Shown in pieces: positions 52,870 to 61,501 of a stretch of 64,000 bases of DNA. A program made the position numbers and the translations under genes. The notes under the pieces were generated by a model. It was not told the DNA's origin. It ran no database searches and was given only the letters and a program-made list of their open reading frames with translations. Source of the DNA: Tubulanus polymorphus (taxonomy: Eukaryota > Animalia > Nemertea); contig NC_134034.1 in NCBI RefSeq assembly GCF_964204645.1, positions 9,808,962 to 9,872,961 of the forward strand. The letters run 5' to 3'. How positions within the stretch are numbered: position 1 is the first letter of the stretch; each line of letters begins with the position of its first letter.

Positions 52870-55800
52870 TTTGCTATATGCGCAGATGGAAATTGATATT
52901 TAAAAAAAAAGAAGATACAAACAGTATCGACATATATGTAATGAATGCGCAAAAATATCTAGGTCCCCGCATACATTAACAGCACCTGAACAGCCGTTTT
53001 CAATGGAACTATCTCCACGCTGTGCATAATGTGTAGGCAGTGACTTTTCCAACATTGTTTTACACAAGTATATGGACGTCGAGAGCTTTTTACTCTTACT
53101 CGTGAAAAAAGTTTCACCCGAAAATCGATCTAGTTTCGTACTGGCGATAGAACAACGTCTACGGCTAAAAACCCAAACCTTTGCTTTGATCTCGCTCGGT
53201 CGGTTTCCGCATGTTTTCAAACTTAACTGTTTTAAGCCGAAACGTTTTTTAACGAAACTTTCATAACAAGGATTGATACGCGGTTGAAAGCTAAGCTCAG
53301 GGGCTGAGAAGACCAAGAACAGCGGTAGTCAACTTGTGACCGTTGATTGCTGATTGTCGTCAGTCGACTCGGGCTTAGCTTAGATCTAGCTTGTGACTAT
53401 TGATTGCTGATTGTCGTAAGTCGACCCGGGCTTAGCTTAGATCTAGCTAATGACCGTTGATTGCTGATTGTCGTCAGTCGATCCGGGCTTAGCTTAGATC
53501 TAGCTTGTAACTATTGATTGCTGATTGTCGTCAGTCGATCCGGGCTTAGCTTAGATCTAGCTTGTGACCGTTGATTGCTGATTGTCGTCAGTCGACTTGG
53601 GCTTAGCTTAGATCTAGCTTGTGACCGTTGATTGCTGATTATCGTCAGTTGACTTGGGCTTAGCTTAAATCTAGCTTACGATTTCGAATTTCAAACGGAA
53701 ACCGACGCGATCGAAACGTTCTTTTTATCTCCAGATAAAGAGTTCATCAAGCGTTCTTCGCGCAATAAAGTACACGCGACCCGATAAATCGCTGAGCAGA
53801 CGTGCAGAGAGCAACCGGGAAACTGGGGAACTGTTACGGCATCTTATCCCGATTCATACCTCACTGTTTTATTCTAGGAGAGCAAGAAATTTACATTCAT
53901 AACTCATCAGTCATAATAACATAGTATATTAACACCAGTACCATGTATGTTCAGTTACTCCTGTTCTGACCCCGTGAAACCCATTCAGGGTTTCAGTGCC
54001 TTAGATTTCTAAGTACAGCCTATTGGCTCGCATTGTATCCCTCGGAACTAACATCATGTATAAATATTTAAAAAAAAAAAAAATTTGTATCGATTATCAT
54101 TTATATTGTATGTACGGTTTACGAAACATGAATATCTATCTACCTAACGCCATATAACTGGACATTTTTATTTGACTTGCTCAATTCCCTGACATTTTAT
54201 CTGATTCGCTTTTTCCCTGACACGCAAGTTATTTTCCCTGACTTGATCTGCTAGGAATTCAATCAATTCAAGCACAGTCAAATACGTAAGACATAGGCTA
54301 AACGATAACTGTTCGATTTTTACAAGCCATCTAGCAATCTCAACACATGGATTCTAGCAATCTTTTTATGAAATACCCCACTATTCGCTGACTTCTTAAA
54401 GAAAACTTTTCCATGGTTCCCGCAGTCATATGAATTAAAAACTCCCAAGTTTTTCCCGAGTATTTCGTGGGTGATTTTTTAATTTTCCCGAATGCAAATG
54501 AACACATATCGTCATGCTACAGTCAACATTTTAGCGGTGACTGGTTGATAAAGGTAATTTTCAAGAAAGATCGCCGAGAAAAGTTGCCCTTGGCAAATGC
54601 AATATGTGAAATGTAATGAATTTCCCTGATTTGAGGAAAATTTTTCAAATTCCCAAATATTTCCAAACCGAGAATTATTATCTCAAAAGTTTTTCCCAAT
54701 TTCCCTGTTCTGTGGGAACCATGCTTTTATCTGGTTTCCAATTCAGTGGCCACCAGTCTGCTTCATTGGTAAAACCATACAATATCTAACGGTAAGATTG
54801 TATTAAGGCTGCCTTTACGATGACTAATGAAAAGATGCGCTATCACTAAACTCAGGGTTAGATTGATTAACTCTCGGAAATTTCATATAATTTTTCTCAT
54901 CATTTTTCCCCACCGAGAAGCGGAACTATTACTGATCACAATCCTGACAGATTAAAGATAAAATCACTTATCAAATTTTTGAGAGCTTGTGTCCGATGAA
55001 ATATATCTCAAATATATTGACGGATATTTTTCTTGAATTTTCCACAAATTTTCATGATTTTTCCAGATTTTTTCACGTCAGTTACCGATCGCGTCTGAAC
55101 GGATCGAAAATAAAAAATCTCTTAAAACTTTCTCGTACATAAATTCTGATCTCTACAGTGCGTTTCATAAAAAAGGGATCGAAAAAAAACTCACTTTTCT
55201 CAAATTTTTCGTAAACTTTCATGATCTTCGCAGATTTTTCATATTTTTCTTTAAATCGATTTTTCAAAAATCTTTTTTTCTAAGCGGACATCCACATTTT
55301 TCGCGCCGATCTGACTGACTCCTATACCACAATTTCAAACGAACTACACATAGCTCTCAACACTTACCATATCGTCGGTATCCATAGGGTCTTGGTGGTG
55401 GTGATGATGATGATGGGGATGAGGATGGTAAGGAGGGGATAAACTATGACAAGGATAACTCGCTCTATGCCTGTTATGATTGTAGTAAATCGGCGTCGAC
55501 GGCGGATGTCCCGGTATTCGGGGCGGGTCGCCGCGACCCGGCGCGGCGCCGTTGCTCGTCTTTTCGCCGTTGGGCGCCGCGCCGCCGCCACCACCGCCGC
55601 CGAATTTCATTTTCAACATTTTCGCCGTCGATCCAAAGGTAATCCGACGTTTTTTTTTTCGATAAAGTTCGAGGTTTAATCCGTACGAACGAATCGCCGT
55701 CGAAAACGGTCACCGGCGTCTAAAAATCCTAATCAAATCCTATCGGGAAAGAATGAAAAACGAGATCCCTACTGAACTATATATATATATATATATAGAG

Positions 55801-58800
55801 AGCGAAGCGCGCTGCGTTCGCGCGGACCCTGGGACAAACAATGCGAAGACAACGGTACCTACTCCTTGTCCAAACTTCGCTTGCAATAAATTTGAATAAA
55901 TTTCATCGTTATCTATCCAGGTATCTACAAGCTGTGTAGCCTATGCTTAGTCGCATGCGCACGAGGACAGAGACAGCTCTAACACGATTCCTACACAACA
56001 ACAAGAGGACCTCCGTTCAAAACATTCAAACTAACCAGCAGCGTACCGGTACTGTCTCTCTATACACTCCAACCGCTCGGTTAGAAATTACCGCGACTCC
56101 TGCACGACGCGCCGATCATCCGTGTATCTCGTCGGTAAAATCTCGTCACCAGAAAACAAGTCGCGACGAAGAAGACGACGACGACGAAAACATGTCACCG
56201 AAAAAAGCGATAACGCGATCAGTGCGCATCCGTATTCCGTACTAGAACCACGTGGTTGTGAGAGAGGGAGAGAGAGAGAGAGCTAGCAGCTAACACCCAC
56301 TCCGCGTGCATGCGTGTATATGTAATGTTGTGTAGCGAACATGTGGCCTGATCTCTCTCTCTAGCTCTCCTACTGCTATTCATAAATAATATTATTGATT
56401 CAAGCGAACGAACCACGTGGTTTTCCAATAACAACAGTCAGCCGAGTTGAACGCGAGTTCAATGCCAAGAGTGAATAATATAACAAAACCATGTGCACAG
56501 AACTCGGCTGTCAAGCGCTGATGAACTATTTTTGATATCTGAGACCTGGCTAGGGTGACATTCACCCAGTCCTGGCAGTGGCTGTCTCCACAGTGTATCT
56601 ACATTGCTCTACGATCCTGTGTAACCACCCACCCAGACACGTTCATTCAAATTCGCGTGACTTTTGCCGACACAACTACTGTCGGCATTTTTGCCTGTGT
56701 TCAAACTGTGATATCTCAGCAAATAAACAACCGATTTTGATAAATAAACTATCTACACTAACCTTATGATGTCTTACGTTTGTTCATTATATCATTTTGA
56801 CGATAAATCTGATTTTAGTACGATTAAATTTAAGATACAAAAATGATGCGCTGTTTAGCGATGAGACACACATCGCTGAAGTGTCTTGTTGCTAACGAAC
56901 TAGTGTTACAATGCCTAGTTTCAAAGTGAAAAAATGGTGTCATTTTTGCTATTTCTGTATTCAAATCGCATCAAGCACGGACTATGATGAAGAAACCTCC
57001 GAATGAATATAATAATAAGAAAACTGAATGTTTGAGGTTTGTAAAGAGAGTTTATTTTTCACAATCGGTTTAGTGAAACTGGATTTCTGGTGGTTTAAAG
57101 TCACAGTGATTTAAGAGTATCGAGAAAATGTCGTTCGTGTCTTAGTGTCTGTGGTACATCAGACACTAAGGTTCTTGGTGAAGGGTGACACAATTAAGAG
57201 TACAAATAACCTTAGCAGCATCAGCGTTTAGTCTATCTTGGCCTCGAGGACGCTAAGTTCTTAGAACTAGGAGTTCTTCTCGAACTAGGGGTAAAAATAA
57301 TACAAGGGAACGTAACCTTAATCGGAAGCCTATGTAGCCCCAAGTCTATAGGCGAAACGTTGCTCAAAATAAATATACTCTTTTAACTCAAGAACTTTGA
57401 TTCTTTGGCTGAATTATTGCGGCGTATTCACTTGTATTATTAGAAGTTTCTTACCCGAAAAATGCAGTCGGAAAAAAGATCTGCACTAGGTGTTGAATTG
57501 GATTAATGGAGCAGGGAGTGCTACTACTGAGACCCTTGGGTTATCGTTGAGATTGCGCTTTTCGTCAAGACAGATATACACGGTTAAAACCTACAAATAT
57601 GACAGTCATCGCATTGGAAATTGCATCTTCCGGGAAAATATTTCTTCAAAAATATCCTACAACTGAGGGCTTCGGCCATTGTCATGGCTGTTTAATCAGA
57701 GAAATGCCTTTCATTTTCTTCAGGACCCCAGCCATCAAAATTTCCTAGATCCACCCGGCGACCCCTATGGGTGACAGTCACCAGGAAACATAAAAAACAC
57801 TTCAAAACGATACACTACCAATCGACTACCTAAAACAATCGCGTTTGAAAAAGCGTCGAAAAAAATACATACGGCTGCCATGCGACGATCTAACAAACCT
57901 GCAAAATTAACCGCTTAAAATATCGCACTCGCGTTTTCTACGACATAACTAGCAAAAAAACCTACAAAACTATTTCAACGACGTTCTAAGATCGACTAAC
58001 ACACGCTCTAAAACTCGCTGATTAGACTAAAAATGCTTTTCGAAAAATAAATCTAAAAAATATATATTCAGAGATGTAAATTATCGTAAACCTTGTCCAT
58101 CGGCGCGCTGGTATCTATAGGTTTGCTCGGCGGAAAAAATACCTACAAGAAAACGGTTTTTAGAAATGAGATTATTGAATTAGTTTATTAACAGTTACAG
58201 AGACAGGGATCCCGGGTGTTGGGGGTGTGGCAGGGAGAGATCTGAGTGTCTCGCCAAATATAACAACAACAATCCCGCAATATATTGACGACATTTCAAA
58301 GTTAATCTACATCAGACCATTTCGGGATTTATCTAAATCCCATTTTCTGAGAAACGATTATCTTTTTTGCGATTACCTTTCCGGGTAAGAGGGGATTTAG
58401 ATAAATCACGGAACTCGCCGTCGAAAATGAAGGTTCACAATTTTAGGATTGTCGATAAATTGGTTTGGACCCTCGCATTTAGGCGAAATAACAGGAAAGA
58501 ATCTGACACCAAGTCTGACACCTTTCCTTCGTTTTAACGAAATTGTCCCTTTTCAGATTCGTGTTTCGACAAAATCCTCTTTAAAAAAAAAATCAAGTGT
58601 TTTTTTTTTTTAATAAATGGGGCGCTCGGAATTTTGAAGGTCTTTCCGAGATCCCCAGGTACGCAATATACCTCAGTTGATATTCGCAATATGAATCAAT
58701 AAGAAAAAACATAATTCTCGACGATGAGCTCCATCTATCAGAAAAATTGAAAAATACTCTCGCTCGGTGAGCTGAATACCTAATGGGGGACCGTATCAGC

Positions 58801-61501
58801 AATACGCATGAAAGAAAAAAGCCGTCTATTGATTTTCTAATAAAACGGATATGCGCGCTGGCGTTTAGAGCGCTAACACGAGAAATATCGATGAAATACT
58901 ACATATTCATAAAAGTGCAGTTTTAGTATCCGCGCTATACACAACAGAGACTGTATTCATAACTAGATTCTCAACACTGTGGGGGTGGGGGGGGGAGGTG
59001 TTCGCTCGGGATTAGAGGACGTAGTTCGCCTGGCGAAGAAAAAATACTTCTTCAATGTCCTTAGTCCTTACAGGTCATTGCAGGGCCCGTTTTTATAGAC
59101 CGGTATTACCTTTAACCCCGGGGTTGACTGAATTGATAATAGATTGAGTTAGCCCCCGGGTTAAAGGTAACACCGGTCCCTAAAACCGGGTCCTGGATAT
59201 CATAAAATCCAAGACTAAAAGTTCAAGAAAAAAACAGCCCGAATGTTTCCTTGAAGTCGAAGCTTCATTTCGCATAATAGATTCCCGGAGTGATTCGCGT
59301 AGTCCCAGCTCAGATTCGAGACCAGTCTAAGACTATATATTGTTCCTAAAGCCAATCTCACAACTTAAAACCGGTCTAAGCTTACTTTGATTAAGCCAAT
59401 TTAACAACTTAAGACCAGCCTAAGCTCATTTTGGTTCTATAATCAATCTAACAACTTAAAACCAGTCTAAGCTTATTTTGATTAAGCCAATTTAACAACT
59501 TAAGACCAGTCTAAGCTCATTTTGGTTCTATAATCAATCTAACAACTTAAGACCAGTTCCAAAGCTCATTTTGGTTCTACAGCCAATCTAACAACTTAAG
59601 ACCAGTCTTAAGATTTAATAACACTTTTCCGACTGAAGTCATGCTTATGCAACCCAACCCCGAAGAAGACTGAATGAATTCGAAACATTGAATAAATCAT
59701 TAGCTCAAGGAAACATTTCAGACTCTTTCTTTATCATCGGAGTGGGATTTTATATTACTATATTTACAACTCGGACTCAGAGTGTTCCATCAATGGTTAG
59801 AGCTCGATATGATACGGTATTCCTGACAATCAGGATATAGTCGAAACAACAAATGGATTATTAACCGATGGAAACTTTTCGGACTCATCTCCCCCTCTCT
59901 CCGTCTTTCCCTCGCTCTCACTCAACACTGTAAACTTTACTTAGGATTATGTAAACTATAAAATGCCAAATGTCAGTTCACCTGACTCGGTACGTACACA
60001 ACCAACGCAAATAAAATCCTCTTTATTACCGAGATTGCGCGATAAATTAAAACCTAACGACTTGCAACGGGAAAAATATTATGAAATTCGCACACATGGT
60101 TCACATACATCGTCGCATCGAGTATATGACCAAACTGAACTCATAAACAGGAGAGATGGCTTAACTCAAATCCAAGAGGACGGGCCTAAGCTCGTTTCGG
60201 TTCTATCACCTAGCTAACAACTCAAGACACCAGTCTCAACTCATTTTAGTTGTATCACCAATCTAACAACTTGAGACCAGTTTCAACTCATTTTAGTTGT
60301 ATCACCAATCTAACAACTTGAGACCAGTCTAAACTCATTTTGGTTTTATAACCAATCTAACAACTTGAGACCAGTCTAAATTCATTTTGGTTTTATAACC
60401 AATCTAACAACTTGAGACCAGTCTAAGCTCATTTTGGTTTTATAACCAATCTAACAACTTAAGACCAGTCTAAACTCATTTTGGTTTTATAACCAATCTA
60501 ACAACTTGAGACCAGTCTAAACTCATTTTGGTTTTATAACCAATCTAACAACTTAAGACCAGTCTAAATTCATTTTGGTTTTATAACCAATCTAACAACT
60601 TGAGACCAGTCTAAGCTCATTTCGGTTCTATCACCAATCTAACAACTTATGACCAGTCTAAGCTCATTTCGGTTCTATCACCTAGCTAACAACTCAAGAC
60701 ACCAGTCTCAACTCATTTTAGTTTTATAACCAATCTAACAACTTGAGACCAGTCTCAACTCATTTTGGTTTTATAACCAATCTAACAACTTAAGACCAGT
60801 CTAAGCTGATTTTGGTTCTATAACCAATCTAACAACTTAAGACCAGTCTAAGCTGATTTTGGTTCTATAACCAATCTAACAACTTATGACCAGTCTAAAC
60901 TCATTTTTGTTTTATAACCAATCTAACAACTTGAGACCAGTCTAAGCTGATTTTGGTTTTATAACCAATCTAACAACTTAAGACCAGTCTAAACTCATTT
61001 TGGTTTTATAACCAATCTAACAACTTGAGACCAGTCTAAACTCATTTTGGTTTTATAACCAATTTTAAGAACAGTCTTATCATTACCACTTTTGGATTGG
61101 AGTCACGACTGCACGTGAGACTCCCCGAGACTCCCGATACTGCACCCGACACTCCCCCAGACTCCCCGAGACTCCCGATACTGCACCCGACATTCTCCGA
61201 GACTCCCCCGAGACTCCATGAGACTCCCCGAGACTACCGATAGCACCTGTGTTTCCCTGTTTCGGAATTTCACCCGAAAACGTCATCTATAATCCTTCAG
61301 TTTCATAACAACCGTTGCTCGCACGCGCGTTACAGCATCAACCACCGCAAGAACGCCCCCCCTCGGTTTACCACCCCCGTCGGTATACCGCCCCCTCGAT
61401 ATACTTACATCAACGTCGCAGTGTTCCGTTACGACTATAGTTGGCGTTGGCGTCGTGTTCTCCTTTTCGGTGGTGTCGTGTCGTCGATGATGAAAAGCCA
61501 T
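25064..61501 (-). CDS. PRKAG: AMP-activated protein kinase gamma subunit gene (whole multi-exon locus). Predicted ~751 aa from the 55619 start including the small exons; ~362 aa from the 39116 start
   Basis: Spliced exons give [96 protein letters not shown] and VHRLVIVD...LSLSDLL, i.e. the four CBS repeats of AMPK gamma. All core junctions are GT-AG and phase-consistent. Confidence 0.97.
25596..26227. mobile_element. Kolobok-like non-autonomous DNA transposon
   Basis: TTAA|AGGGGAACTG...CAGTTCCCCT|TTAA; 5'-RR termini with TTAA target duplication; no transposase ORF. Confidence 0.7.
26288..26692. repeat. 56-bp satellite family array, ~7 copies
   Basis: Unit CAGTAACATCTTTCATATTTCTGTTCAAATTAATCAGTAATCAACAGTAAGACCCT. 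Confidence 0.95.
26735..26828 (-). CDS. PRKAG: PRKAG 94-nt exon, CBS4 ([31 protein letters not shown])
   Basis: Conserved motif; ttttgcag / gtgagt. Confidence 0.97.
27281..27358 (-). CDS. PRKAG: PRKAG 78-nt exon, CBS4 start ([26 protein letters not shown])
   Basis: Conserved FEGV..C...ETL motif; cttttag / gtacgt. Confidence 0.96.
27677..27751 (-). CDS. PRKAG: PRKAG 75-nt exon ([25 protein letters not shown])
   Basis: Conserved motif; gtttcag / gtacgt. Confidence 0.96.
27904..28026 (-). CDS. PRKAG: PRKAG 123-nt exon, CBS3 ([41 protein letters not shown])
   Basis: Conserved motif; ttttgcag / gtaagt. Confidence 0.97.
28108..28188 (-). CDS. PRKAG: PRKAG 81-nt exon ([27 protein letters not shown])
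   Basis: Conserved IGTY motif; cattgcag / gttagt. Confidence 0.96.
28258..29010. repeat. 61-bp tandem repeat, ~12 copies; relatives at ~640-850, ~36680-37035 and ~45780-45930
   Basis: Unit GAGGATCCACCAGGTGTCACTAGTCTGCAGTAGGACATAGAAGATTCCACTTGTGGCAAGT. Confidence 0.95.
29057..29235 (-). CDS. PRKAG: PRKAG 179-nt exon, CBS2
   Basis: [60 protein letters not shown]; ttttcag / gtaagt. Confidence 0.97.
29423..29468 (-). CDS. PRKAG: PRKAG 46-nt exon ([15 protein letters not shown])
   Basis: Conserved ELEEHKI motif; atttttag / gtgagg. Confidence 0.97.
30648..30692 (-). CDS. PRKAG: PRKAG candidate 45-nt cassette exon ([15 protein letters not shown]) in the CBS1-CBS2 linker
   Basis: gtgttttgtttag acceptor, CAG|gtaagg donor, 15 open codons, phase 0-0. 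Confidence 0.55.
30879..31398. mobile_element. piggyBac-like MITE, degenerate copy with internal duplications
   Basis: TTAACCCTTTCAGTGC start and GCACTGAAAGG end. Confidence 0.7.
33065..33258. mobile_element. piggyBac-like MITE (orientation B)
   Basis: TIRs and TTAA flanks. Confidence 0.8.
34295..34353 (-). CDS. PRKAG: PRKAG 59-nt exon ([20 protein letters not shown])
   Basis: Conserved motif; ttttcag / gtaagt. Confidence 0.97.
34744..34825 (-). CDS. PRKAG: PRKAG 82-nt exon, CBS1 ([27 protein letters not shown])
   Basis: Conserved motif; tttttcag / gtaaga. Confidence 0.97.
35028..35372. repeat. ~104-bp tandem repeat built from ~33-bp subunits, ~3.3 copies
   Basis: Recurring TGTGTCCAGGGCTTCAGAGGTA / TGTCTAGGACTTT. 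Confidence 0.85.
35631..35734 (-). CDS. PRKAG: PRKAG exon, start of CBS1 ([35 protein letters not shown])
   Basis: Conserved AMPK-gamma motif; ttttcag / gtaagt. Confidence 0.97.
35901..36191. mobile_element. piggyBac-like MITE (orientation B)
   Basis: Left TIR intact, right TIR degenerate. Confidence 0.75.
36383..36431 (-). CDS. PRKAG: PRKAG 49-nt exon ([16 protein letters not shown])
   Basis: tttatttcag acceptor, G|gtaatt donor. Phase 0-1 is needed to link to the CBS1 exon. Confidence 0.85.
37389..37471 (-). CDS. PRKAG: PRKAG 83-nt exon ([28 protein letters not shown])
   Basis: tctctctag acceptor, AAG|gtaaga donor, phase 1-0. Confidence 0.85.
39108..39116 (-). CDS. PRKAG: PRKAG candidate short-isoform first coding exon (MDM)
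   Basis: tagATGGACATG|gtacag with an in-frame stop just upstream. Phase 0 joins the 49-nt exon at 36431. Promoter-like sequence at 39120-39320. Confidence 0.5.
39120..39320 (-). promoter_or_regulatory. Putative internal promoter of the short PRKAG isoform
   Basis: Non-repetitive GC-richer patch directly upstream of the MDM exon, with forkhead cores TGTTTAC 39248-54 and GTAAACA 39307-13. Confidence 0.4.
39633..39675 (-). CDS. PRKAG: PRKAG 43-nt exon ([14 protein letters not shown])
   Basis: tctttttgacag acceptor, G|gtgagt donor, phase 0-1. Confidence 0.8.
42846..42863 (-). CDS. PRKAG: PRKAG 18-nt microexon (GDDDVF)
   Basis: gtgtgtatttttag|GGTGATGATGATGTTTTT|gtaagt: consensus donor, good acceptor, phase 0-0. 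Confidence 0.6.
43858..43886 (-). CDS. PRKAG: PRKAG candidate 29-nt exon ([10 protein letters not shown])
   Basis: gatttctttag acceptor, AGT|gtaaga donor, phase 1-0. Confidence 0.5.
44480..44525 (-). CDS. PRKAG: PRKAG candidate 46-nt exon ([15 protein letters not shown])
   Basis: cttgccag acceptor, GCG|gtataa donor, phase 0-1. Restores frame together with the 29-nt exon at 43858-43886. Confidence 0.45.
45511..45618 (-). CDS. PRKAG: PRKAG candidate alternative first coding exon C ([36 protein letters not shown])
   Basis: ATG preceded by an in-frame TAA, 36 codons, CTG|gtaata donor in phase 0. Confidence 0.5.
46301..47005 (-). CDS. PRKAG: PRKAG large N-terminal extension exon ([13 protein letters not shown]...[11 protein letters not shown]), 705 nt
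   Basis: ttttag acceptor, GTG|gtaagt donor, 235 open codons. The start resembles vertebrate PRKAG2 'DLSSFAMPLLD'. Confidence 0.9.
47621..48630. repeat. 56-bp satellite family array, ~18 copies (also ~44785-44975)
   Basis: Same unit as 26288-26692. Confidence 0.96.
48715..49033 (-). mobile_element. tRNA-derived CORE-type SINE
   Basis: A-box TGGGCGAGTGG, B-box GAGTTCGAACC, then GTGTCCTCGGGCAAGAC...CCACCCAGGAGTAAATGGGTACC, resembling the CORE domain. 3' end approximate. Confidence 0.7.
50173..50468. mobile_element. piggyBac-like MITE (orientation A); further partial copies at ~21792-22055, ~42937-43110 and ~43174-43380
   Basis: TIRs and TTAA flanks; clear homology to 5499-5789. Confidence 0.85.
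50845..51235. repeat. ~110-120-bp tandem repeat, ~3.5 copies (inverted relative at ~1065-1185)
   Basis: Recurring CTCAGGTGAAGTTCTGAACACATGTGAAGTGTGGACGATCAGTTT. Confidence 0.8.
52798..52866. repeat. (TA)n microsatellite
   Basis: Direct reading; others at ~7042-7068, ~7778-7840 and ~44590-44645. Confidence 0.95.
53333..53678. repeat. 57-bp minisatellite, 6 copies
   Basis: Unit CTTGTGACCGTTGATTGCTGATTGTCGTCAGTCGACTCGGGCTTAGCTTAGATCTAG. Confidence 0.95.
54412..54723. mobile_element. MITE with CATGG TIRs, second copy
   Basis: Homologous to 2008-2289 along its length. Confidence 0.75.
55368..55619 (-). CDS. PRKAG: PRKAG alternative first coding exon B (Gly/Pro/His-rich, [10 protein letters not shown]...[16 protein letters not shown])
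   Basis: 84 GC-rich codons from ATG to an ATG|gtaagt donor, phase 0; joins 47005 in frame. Confidence 0.75.
58092..58142 (-). CDS. PRKAG: PRKAG candidate 51-nt exon ([17 protein letters not shown])
   Basis: ttttcttgtag acceptor, 17 open codons, AAG|gtttac donor (weak). Phase 0-0, with an internal ATG in good context (gcgccgATGG). Confidence 0.4.
59082..59195. mobile_element. Short palindromic Harbinger/Tourist-like MITE (similar-style elements ~1184-1296, ~27490-27623, ~35487-35596)
   Basis: CAGGGCCCGTTTTTATAGACCGG...CCGGTCCCTAAAACCGGGTCCTG hairpin. Confidence 0.55.
60186..61075. repeat. 47-bp satellite family array, ~19 copies (also ~40870-41200, ~59320-59612)
   Basis: Unit ACCAATCTAACAACTTRAGACCAGTCTAARCTCATTTTGGTTTTATA. 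Confidence 0.95.
61409..61501 (-). CDS. PRKAG: PRKAG candidate alternative first coding exon A ([31 protein letters not shown])
   Basis: ATG at 61501; 31 codons end at GAT|gtaagt in phase 0, compatible with the acceptor at 47005. A CpG-rich leader lies upstream. Confidence 0.65.

Noticed and set aside
57290-57445. Penelope-like end or hammerhead ribozyme (stem + CGAAACGTTG + AATAAA; similar at 59658-59696)
   Set aside because: The CUGANGA core is missing or mutated and I could not build all three stems. At most a degenerate relic; an Infernal search would be needed.
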